Below, one piece after another: positions 1 through 7,452 of a stretch of DNA of 34,221 nucleotides. A program made the position numbers and the translations under genes. How positions within the stretch are numbered: the stretch's first letter is position 1; the number at the start of each line of letters is the position of its first letter. The notes beneath the pieces are model-generated. The model was not told the DNA's origin and made no database searches. It saw nothing but the letters and a program-made list of their open reading frames with translations. Origin of the DNA: a virus (lineage: Duplodnaviria > Caudoviricetes); the IMG/VR virus record IMGVR_UViG_3300033141_004964, positions 1-34,221 of that record. The stretch is one strand, 5' to 3'.

Positions 1-14
1 GATGCGTTGCTGCT

Positions 15-114
15 GCTTCGGTCGCCCTCCGGGCTCCCTTCGCACCAGCAACGCTGGAAGGACCAGTTCAATGGTTACCTGTCAACAAAAGTGCGAAACT
101 TTCTGGACAGTACC
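15..114. mobile_element. Probable terminal segment of an insertion sequence (IS256-like inverted-repeat end)
   Basis: AAAAGTGCGAAACTTTCTGGACAGTACC at 87-114 resembles, from memory, IS256-family ends. It is preceded by a CTTCGGTCGCCCTCCGGGCTCCCTTCGC motif of the kind seen near IS ends. No transposase in the window. Confidence 0.35.
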
Positions 115-224
115 CACCGCAACAGATGGTTCCACGAAGCATCCCGGGGGGATCTGGATCAAGCCCGACATTTTGGCCCGGCTCCGGCAGCGTTTGTGGA
201 CCACGTCAGTAGCGGCTCGACCCT

Positions 225-533
225 TCACGGAATTACAGCTTGCCTTTGCCCTCCCTCCGGCAGGCCGGCAGCATCCCGCCACATTGCCTCGACTTCCTTG
301 GCCTGTTGGAGATTCTTCCTCAATCGCGCCTTTAGTGGGCCTATTCTCGCAGGATCATCGCCCTCGAGGTCCGAAAGGATGCTTTCAAGTAAACTACCTT
401 CAGCGGCAGCGACGATGATGGCCTGTTCGAAGCCTCGCGACCTCACGTGGTCTTTATAGATCAAGAAGCCGACAATCAGGGCCACATTCAACAGTAATGA
501 ACTCGCCGTAACTACTTTCATCGCTTTGCTCAT
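225..533 (-). CDS. Small membrane-anchored hypothetical protein (102 aa)
   Basis: N-terminal hydrophobic helix (VVTASSLLLNVALIVGFLIY) followed by a helical soluble domain; AAGGA RBS upstream. Confidence 0.65.
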   Translation of the reverse strand: MSKAMKVVTASSLLLNVALIVGFLIYKDHVRSRGFEQAIIVAAAEGSLLESILSDLEGDDPARIGPLKARLRKNLQQAKEVEAMWRDAAGLPEGGQRQAVIP

Positions 534-758
534 CGGTCATTTCCTTACCGGCCAGCTTGGTTGTTGCTGTACTTCCTTGCGATCCCTATTACGCTTGCGC
601 AGAATAGTACAGACCACGCCATTCCTGAATACATACACTCCCTCGTATTCCCAGGCAAGTGCCATCAACTTGGCCATGTTGGTCTCACCTCAGCACCATC
701 TAACTTCAGCCGATATACGAGCCACTCCCAACTATCCACGTTTGCCCGAGAGCATGCA

Positions 759-1859
759 TTAGAGGGGCAGCCTTGCCATCTTGGATCTCGGCTTCCCGCT
801 GATGTCAAAAGCACTCAGTGCCTCGTGTACCTGACGGGTCTTCAGAATATCCTCGAAGAAACTATGTCCGCCATCGCTGAGCACAACAACATCGAGCACA
901 GTCAATGCGCTGCTATCGGCCATACTTACTGGAGCATAGAAATGGTACGATAGGTCATCCTGTGCAATCCCAGGGACTTCCTTCACAAAGCAACTCTTAG
1001 CCAAATCATATATCTTGATTACTGGCAACCCATCCAGGATCGCATAGAGAAATACATATTTCGCAGTGGGGCATAGGCTTGCTGATGCGAAGGCATCCAT
1101 ATCATTCAACGGTATTCTGCGATCATCAACAATACGATTCGGCTTGGCGCGGCAGACATTGACTTCAATGCCCTGTGTGCTACGAGTTTGCTTTGTGAAG
1201 TGCAGCTCGTCTTGTCGGGTCGTAATACTACCGATTCGGTTGCACTGCTGGGGGCCGATCAGCGTGCGGATTGCCCCCGATGTGCAGTCAATCACCACAA
1301 TCGAATTGTCGTTGCCACACATACACACGGCGTTATCGCCATACCATGTCAGGCCACCATCCACGCGCACGTCTGTAAGTAACTGTCGTCCGCTGCCGCT
1401 CTCTTCCCCAATCCTAACAAGCTCTCGAACAGCTCTCGTGTCTACGTTGACTAGGTAAACCGATACTGTGGCCAATCTGGAAGCGCTATTCTTGTCGAGT
1501 GAGGTGGCGGCAAACGCAATGTGCTTCTCGTCAGGGGACCACGCTATGGAATGAATATCTGAGCCGCCACTCGTCGCGGACCATATAGCTGCAAACTCGG
1601 TGGCACTGTCATCCGAATTTGCATAGAGACCGACATCTCCCAGCGTCCCAGCCGCCACGGCGGAGAGTGTCCTGGGGCTGGAAAACGCGGCAGAAGTGGT
1701 TAGCGCCGTGTTGGGCTGGGGGAGCAATTGTGTGCCTAACGGCTTAGGGAGCGAAACGGGAGGAGTCACATCGCCCAGCGATAACTGCGACAAAGCCATA
1801 GCAGTGCCAGCAAAAGCCGCATTCTGAATGAATCTTCTTCTTGATATGCTTTCAGGCAT
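759..1859 (-). CDS. Tat-exported beta-propeller (TolB/WD40-like) protein
   Basis: Twin-arginine motif SRRRFI plus hydrophobic stretch and Pro/Thr linker; blade motifs SIAWSPDEKHIAF, GGLTWYGDNAV, SIVVIDCTSG, IKIYDLAK. Confidence 0.75.
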   Translation of the reverse strand: MPESISRRRFIQNAAFAGTAMALSQLSLGDVTPPVSLPKPLGTQLLPQPNTALTTSAAFSSPRTLSAVAAGTLGDVGLYANSDDSATEFAAIWSATSGGSDIHSIAWSPDEKHIAFAATSLDKNSASRLATVSVYLVNVDTRAVRELVRIGEESGSGRQLLTDVRVDGGLTWYGDNAVCMCGNDNSIVVIDCTSGAIRTLIGPQQCNRIGSITTRQDELHFTKQTRSTQGIEVNVCRAKPNRIVDDRRIPLNDMDAFASASLCPTAKYVFLYAILDGLPVIKIYDLAKSCFVKEVPGIAQDDLSYHFYAPVSMADSSALTVLDVVVLSDGGHSFFEDILKTRQVHEALSAFDISGKPRSKMARLPL

Positions 1860-1897
1860 TCTTCACCATACCTTTCCTATATTGTGATATATCCAAG

Positions 1898-2440
1898 CTA
1901 GCCTCCGCCTGAACAGCCATTGGCGACAGGACACGAAATGTCGAAGAGGCCACAGTCAGTATCACTTACGGAGCAAGTATTCGCCGTACACCAATCATCC
2001 TCTGTACAGGTATTCGTTCCGCAAGTATTATAGGAACATGAGTTTGTGCTACATCCGTCCGCATTTGCGCATATGTCAAAATTGCAGACATTCGTGTCAC
2101 ATGTATTGCCGCCAGTGCAAGAATTGCCGCTGATAGTACAATGGACCTCATTGTATCCAGTGCAGGTATGTCCATTTTGACAGGTGTTGAAATTGCAGAC
2201 ATTGCTGGTCTCACATACGTTGTTCTGAGTACAACTGTTCTCGTCACAATTGTCGCAGCCTGCATCACAACTCTCGCAGCCACAGGCTGCCGCTTCCCCG
2301 TTCAACGCAGCCACCACCCCTGCAGCACCAGCAACTGTCATGGACATTCGCTTCAGGAATCGCCTTCTGCTAATGCCCAATGATCTGAAGATCTCTGGAA
2401 GCTCATACGCTCTTCGACGCGGTGTTGTGTCCATCTGCAT
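1898..2440 (-). CDS. Tat-exported Cys-rich repeat peptide, putative radical-SAM substrate (RiPP-like precursor)
   Basis: GISRRRFLK Tat motif, AAA|C cleavage site, then a 128-aa core with 24 Cys mostly every 5-6 residues (N/D-x-C repeats); overlaps the end of the rSAM gene; GAGG RBS. Confidence 0.85.
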   Translation of the reverse strand: MQMDTTPRRRAYELPEIFRSLGISRRRFLKRMSMTVAGAAGVVAALNGEAAACGCESCDAGCDNCDENSCTQNNVCETSNVCNFNTCQNGHTCTGYNEVHCTISGNSCTGGNTCDTNVCNFDICANADGCSTNSCSYNTCGTNTCTEDDWCTANTCSVSDTDCGLFDISCPVANGCSGGG

Positions 2441-3704
2441 TATCCTCGTGATTTGCGGTACTGTCGTTATCCCGCTTACTCGCTAGACTAGGCTTCTGGT
2501 TGTGATAATACGCTTTCATGAACACGGGATTCTCCTCTGCTAGCAACGTATCATGGAACTCCTTAACCACATCCGCAGTCACTCTCATTACGTCACACGC
2601 TGTCGGATGCCGCCGCCAGATATTCCCCGTGTCTTCAAGGTTTTCGGCAGGGCAACCCCCTGAACAGAGATAGTGTGCAGGACATGCCCCACAATAGTGC
2701 ATTTCTTCCCCCTTCTGGCCCAGATCGTCAATGAAGCCTTTGCTCTCATAGTTGAAATCCCCGTCATATATTGATCCTAGCCTCCATTCGTATTGGTCTT
2801 CCCTGCACCACCGATGGCATGGCCAAATATCGCCGTTGACATCTATCAATACCATCCCTCGGCCCGCTCCACAAGAGGCGGATACTGAGGGTCGCGAGCC
2901 AGTACTGGCCAATTGTCTGCATCCCTCATCGAAGAATTTCAGTTTGACAAACTGCCCATCTCGGAATATACGGATGACCCGGAGCATGATAGCTCTAAAC
3001 TGTTCAGCAAACTCCGTTACCGACTTCTCATCCCATAGCGCAAACGCCCCTGGAACAAGCGCGATATCCCTGTATCCAAGGGCTAGAAGGTACTCGAAAC
3101 TCTCTGCTAGGTTCTCGACAGTATCGGGCAACACAGTGGATCTGGCGGTCGTGTTCGGCCGAACAGAGAGAATCCTGGGCAGGTTCCCGGCAAGTACATC
3201 CGAAGTCCCCCTTCCGTCAACAAAACGGCGGTGCCGATCCTGTACCCCTGGGCAACCGTCTATTGATGTATGGAAACCTAGGCCCCATTGTCTCCACAGA
3301 GACAGGATGTCTTCAGTAAGTATCGTGCCATTTGTTGTCATCCCAAAATGGATCTCTTTGCCATGCTGATAGGCCCTTCGCTTTGCAAACGGGACAAGCT
3401 CCCTTATCACACCAAAGCGCAGTAATGGCTCTCCGCCTATGAAGGTTGCTGTAATCTTGGGAGACTCGCCGCTTGCCAGAATAAGCCACACTATGGCATC
3501 TTGGGCCGTCTCAAGTGACATATGCTTGGTGCCCCTTTCCTTGAAGCAGTAGTCACAGGCAAGATTGCAGTCTACAGTAAGGTCTAGATCTATAGCAGTG
3601 ATCGTTACTCCCCCGATCGGCATGGACCCTGGATGGACCGTCTTCCGGCAGGCATGTGGCATGCATGTGGAGCCGGGAGTGCAGTTTCCTGTGGCATAGC
3701 TCAT
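2403..3704 (-). CDS. Radical SAM/SPASM peptide maturase (anSME/ranthipeptide-like)
   Basis: CNLACDYC cluster motif, FIGGEPLL, TTNGT, SIDG; SPASM CGAG...GDIWPC...CGACPAHYLCSGGC...C. Start set at ATG 3704 (TGATG overlap with upstream gene, GAGG RBS). Confidence 0.92.
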   Translation of the reverse strand: MSYATGNCTPGSTCMPHACRKTVHPGSMPIGGVTITAIDLDLTVDCNLACDYCFKERGTKHMSLETAQDAIVWLILASGESPKITATFIGGEPLLRFGVIRELVPFAKRRAYQHGKEIHFGMTTNGTILTEDILSLWRQWGLGFHTSIDGCPGVQDRHRRFVDGRGTSDVLAGNLPRILSVRPNTTARSTVLPDTVENLAESFEYLLALGYRDIALVPGAFALWDEKSVTEFAEQFRAIMLRVIRIFRDGQFVKLKFFDEGCRQLASTGSRPSVSASCGAGRGMVLIDVNGDIWPCHRWCREDQYEWRLGSIYDGDFNYESKGFIDDLGQKGEEMHYCGACPAHYLCSGGCPAENLEDTGNIWRRHPTACDVMRVTADVVKEFHDTLLAEENPVFMKAYYHNQKPSLASKRDNDSTANHEDNADGHNTASKSV

Positions 3705-4960
3705 CACATATCCTCGCCCAATGGCATTGATCGTTTGTGCACACAAGCCCGGAGATCCAAGCATTCACTGGCAACTCTCCGCAGGTACGCTTTCCGAGAT
3801 GAACACCACACACTACTGATGGAATGATACTGCTCCCGAGAGACGCTTGAGCAACTGTCCAAGCCGCCACATATATGCTTCCATGAGCAACTCCTACATC
3901 GACCATATAGCCGTGGCTGCCTGTGAGAAGAGAACACATTCGGGGCACCGGCACCGCTAGTGCTCTGCGGAGTATGTCTCAGTAGCGCTGTAAATGGGAA
4001 TGCACGAAACCGCAATATTCGCCCATCCCCTTCTACCAATGCGTGAATATGGTTCCTGGTTCCACAATGTGATATGCGATCTTCCATATCCTCAAAGGGC
4101 TCGTCCATGAACTCAGACAATGAATGATCAGCGTAGCAACCGTCCAATGCCGCCAGGAAACCGGTGCCGTCAATACGACCGTCATCGTCTGCCGGATTGA
4201 AGTATGGCGACATAAAGTACGGCAGCAACCCTATCCCAGATAGCTTGTTTGACACCAACGCGTTTCTCAGCACGTTCGCAACGCTTTCGGCATCCTCGCC
4301 AGACCAATAGTACAAGACAGGAACACGAAGCCCGTAGCTGCATGTTCTTGACAAGGTCCCCCCTTCTCTCCCGTCAAGACCTGTAGCATAACCCAGACGT
4401 GATCCCAGGATATATCTCAGTATGACCTTGTGCCTTACCAAGAAATCCATATGATCTGAGCTGGGGCACGAAAACGATGCGTCTATGAATACATTCGTGG
4501 TGATTCTGGCGCCATGGGGGTCCCCGTTTACACTGCAAAAAGTCTTTATCCACGCTATGACGCTATCCCACTCAAATGTATCTGGACCAGTATCGAGGAA
4601 GATCCGCAGTCTTGATATGTTGGTTGCATCGGAGGCCATACCCTTGATCGCCATGACGCTCTCTGGGCCAGAGAGGCACGAGCGCCGACAGTATAAACTA
4701 ACGCTTGCGCCATCCCTCCCCTTCCCGCCTGCCTTCCGGTATGGTACAGTAGTATTCTCTGATGCGCTCAGGCCTAGCTTGTGTTTCTCGACATTGCATG
4801 GCTGAAGTAATTCCATAGCCTCTAATTCGGTCAGCACTTCAGCATGCTTTGCGAATCGGTCGAGTACTGCTATCTGGCCAGACCGCAACGGAGCCACTGG
4901 GAGTCCAAGGGCTCGTTCCAGCTCATCAACTACGTCGTAACGGTCTGTATCCATGGCCAT
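3704..4960 (-). CDS. Degenerate radical SAM/SPASM-like protein (probable pseudo-enzyme, possible N-terminal RRE)
   Basis: Only CRRSC at the expected CxxxCxxC position; C-terminal CRSCSWKHICGGLDSC...WC is SPASM AuxII-like; translationally coupled to the intact rSAM. Confidence 0.65.
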   Translation of the reverse strand: MAMDTDRYDVVDELERALGLPVAPLRSGQIAVLDRFAKHAEVLTELEAMELLQPCNVEKHKLGLSASENTTVPYRKAGGKGRDGASVSLYCRRSCLSGPESVMAIKGMASDATNISRLRIFLDTGPDTFEWDSVIAWIKTFCSVNGDPHGARITTNVFIDASFSCPSSDHMDFLVRHKVILRYILGSRLGYATGLDGREGGTLSRTCSYGLRVPVLYYWSGEDAESVANVLRNALVSNKLSGIGLLPYFMSPYFNPADDDGRIDGTGFLAALDGCYADHSLSEFMDEPFEDMEDRISHCGTRNHIHALVEGDGRILRFRAFPFTALLRHTPQSTSGAGAPNVFSSHRQPRLYGRCRSCSWKHICGGLDSCSSVSREQYHSISSVWCSSRKAYLRRVASECLDLRACVHKRSMPLGEDM

Positions 4961-5185
4961 CTATGGTGTGTCGGGTATCGGCTCGGGAAGGTTAGACAGC
5001 CCTCCCTTAGGGTCCAGCCATACTCTCACCACATCCTTATAGGAGTGGCCCAACTCAACGTGGCCACCCGATCAACTCAACCAGATGCCGGTTGCGCCAA
5101 TTCCGCGACACCTTGGACAGGTACACCATGGGGCATTCGATACTGGCGACTCCTGCCTTCCACAGTTGGCATGATATAGCACTAT

Positions 5186-6679
5186 TTAGGAGCCATCGAT
5201 GGCTCCCACGAGAAACTTCTGCAGTCCCTGAGCCTTCAGCCAATCTAGTACGATCTTAGTGGCTGCTCCGTCATTGCCCAGAGCCCCTAGGGCACGAGCA
5301 AGATTGGAGATATCCTGAGGCTTCATAGCCTGCAAGTCATCATCCTTACCTACGGGGAACACTTCCAATAGCCTTCTTCCCCAAAGTTGACGTTCCTCCT
5401 CGTCGAGTCCGTCATGGTAGTACTTGGCAAATTGACTCCAACGATGGGTCCCAACTGATCCCGCAACTGAGTCATTCAGGAAGTATTTGCCGGTTATGTG
5501 TATGGCCACTCTCCTGCGCCCCGACGTAACCGCCTGTTCTGCCGGGTAGCCATACCCAAGTCTTCGACCAAGATCCGCAAGCTGGTCTACTGTCCAAGTC
5601 TTCCACGTGTCGCTATGGCCCGTCCAAGTAGCCAAGAACTCATTCCCATGCTGTTCGCCGAGTTCCCAGAGAACGTCCTGAATCGCTCGTGCTTCCTGAT
5701 ACCCCATGGCCCGAGTACCATAGGTCGTCCTTAACTTATTTCGCCAGCCTGCCAGAGCTGCCGCGGCAGTCGGGGCATTCTTCAAGGACGCCATCGCCCG
5801 CCCTAACGAAAGTGCTTTCTGGAAATCTTCCGGTTGAAGCTCACGGTTTATATGCGTCTCTATCCAAACAAACGCCAGACTCGCAGCCTCTTCCTTCGCC
5901 CCTAAGGTCGACATTGCCTCTGCAACTGGCCCAACACTGTCGATGGAGAGTTCCCCAACGTCACTGTCAGTGACACAGAATGCAGATCGCAGTTTATTGG
6001 CCCACGTGGCTCGCTCGCTTTGGGACAATCCTTCGGTGTAGTACTTCACAAATCGTGTCCAATGCTCGAGTCCGACCGATCTTACTGATGGGTCGTCGGA
6101 CATGTGGGTGGTCGCTATATGACTGGCCACCCGCCTCCTCCCCTGCGTAACTACGGGCTCAACCGGGAATCCCCACCCCAACATGCCGCCAAGCCCGACC
6201 AACTCCTCAAGAGTCCATGACTGCCACGATGTATGGTTGCCAGTCCACGCCGCAATGAATGCATTCCCGTGCTTCTCTCCCAGCCCCCAGAGCGCGCCCT
6301 GAATTCGCTTTGCCTCTTCATAGCCCATCTCCTTGCTACCGAAGCGAGATCGCAACTGAGTACGCCAATGCTCCCTGGTGGACAACTTCATGTCCTGGCC
6401 AAGGAACGTCACAAACTTCTCCCAGTTGTGCGCATCCACCATGTCCGTCGTGATTTCATCTGCAAGGAATCTGCAACTGATGTAGTCTGCAAGTAGCGTC
6501 CGCTGCTCGGAGGCGGCCTTGCCCTGATTGGCCAGTTGCTCAGATAGCACTGCGAGATCAACGGGGCCCATTGATGACCACTCAACAGGGCATTCAGCGG
6601 CCCGCGATATGGCCGCCGAAAGAGTCAGGGCCACAAGCCCCGCTACTACGCAGAGCCGCTTAATCATTCCGCCCATCAT
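5186..6679 (-). CDS. Secreted Trp-rich alpha-helical repeat protein (497 aa)
   Basis: Sec-type signal (KRLCVVAGLVALTLSAAISRA); internal duplication of ~200 aa (MGYEEAKRIQGALWGLGEKHGN vs MGYQEARAIQDVLWELGEQHGN; GRRRVASHI vs GRRRVAIHI). Confidence 0.8.
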   Translation of the reverse strand: MMGGMIKRLCVVAGLVALTLSAAISRAAECPVEWSSMGPVDLAVLSEQLANQGKAASEQRTLLADYISCRFLADEITTDMVDAHNWEKFVTFLGQDMKLSTREHWRTQLRSRFGSKEMGYEEAKRIQGALWGLGEKHGNAFIAAWTGNHTSWQSWTLEELVGLGGMLGWGFPVEPVVTQGRRRVASHIATTHMSDDPSVRSVGLEHWTRFVKYYTEGLSQSERATWANKLRSAFCVTDSDVGELSIDSVGPVAEAMSTLGAKEEAASLAFVWIETHINRELQPEDFQKALSLGRAMASLKNAPTAAAALAGWRNKLRTTYGTRAMGYQEARAIQDVLWELGEQHGNEFLATWTGHSDTWKTWTVDQLADLGRRLGYGYPAEQAVTSGRRRVAIHITGKYFLNDSVAGSVGTHRWSQFAKYYHDGLDEEERQLWGRRLLEVFPVGKDDDLQAMKPQDISNLARALGALGNDGAATKIVLDWLKAQGLQKFLVGAIDGS

Positions 6680-6793
6680 TCTTCCTTCTCCTACCCATAG
6701 AAATGACTGTCGCGCCCAATAGCTTACCGGACCGTATCAGCACGCATCTGAAGGGCCTGCCATACGGCTACCCAGACCCCGTTGACGATGCTC

Positions 6794-6822
6794 ACTCTAA
6801 TCTCCACCCCGACTTGTGTCAA
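6794..6822 (-). promoter_or_regulatory. Sigma70-type promoter of the rSAM operon
   Basis: TTGACA (6822-6817), 17-nt spacer, TAGAGT (6799-6794), ~115 nt upstream of ATG 6679. Confidence 0.7.
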
Positions 6823-6961
6823 GCGGATTCCGCCCTGATTCATTCCCAGTTTGCGTGGGCGATTTCCTTTCTCAGTTCGCGGAGGAGGCGGAAGAGTCCG
6901 GGGAGTCGGTCCATGAAGAGGAACTGTCCAATCGCGAAGAGGCCGTATTCATGGGGTCTAT

Positions 6962-6978
6962 AGTTGCCCCGGGCAACT
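6962..6978. promoter_or_regulatory. Perfect palindrome, candidate operator
   Basis: AGTTGCCC-C-GGGCAACT in the spacer between the phage tail end and the operon. Confidence 0.3.
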
Positions 6979-7245
6979 GGACATGGGCGACAGAGATGGT
7001 AACCGCACCTGCCGGGGCTGTCAAACGCGGACCGGATGCTCTCGACGGCAAACGTCAGCAGGAAAGGGCGACAGGTGTGGTCGCACCACACAGAGAAAAG
7101 AAGGCCCGGTCCGGGGGAGAGACCAGGCCAATTTCCGGCCAGGGAGGGGGAGCCCTAACCGTGGGTTGCAGCCTACCAGAAAAACGTGCTTCTACGCAAG
7201 GTCAAGGCTGACAAGAGTAGCTCGTGGCTGTTACCTTTCGGCGGA

Positions 7246-7452
7246 TTAATCGCCTGACCGATGAATGCAGACTTGGCAAATACCGGCGTCGACATCCCGG
7301 CCAGTGAGTTGGCAAAGACTTGGCTGGCCGCAGCAGTTGGGCACGAGATGCGGGCAGCGATCTGTGGCAGTTGCGCCGCGTCGTCTGCGCAGTTCCGCCA
7401 CCGTCCTCACAGCGTCTCCTGGCCCTTTGCCGAAGGCTCTCAATTTCGTCAT
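7246..7452 (-). CDS. Small Cys-rich phage protein (68 aa)
   Basis: ATGA overlap with the upstream gene; CPH...CCGQPSLC...CQVC. Confidence 0.6.
   Translation of the reverse strand: MTKLRAFGKGPGDAVRTVAELRRRRGATATDRCPHLVPNCCGQPSLCQLTGRDVDAGICQVCIHRSGD

Noticed and set aside
2-459. Plus-strand ORFs at the left edge as a transposase
   Set aside because: No DDE or other transposase motif, and they overlap the better minus-strand gene.
1898-2284. Ferredoxin or multihaem cytochrome
   Set aside because: No CxxCxxCxxxCP and no CxxCH motifs; the Cys spacing is repetitive instead.
3705-3764. Longer start for the rSAM gene
   Set aside because: Lies inside the upstream gene; the TGATG overlap and RBS favour 3704.
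6703-7249. Several short ORFs in the spacer
   Set aside because: No recognisable motifs or clear RBS; the end of the 6840-7091 ORF looks slightly protein-like but is unsupported.
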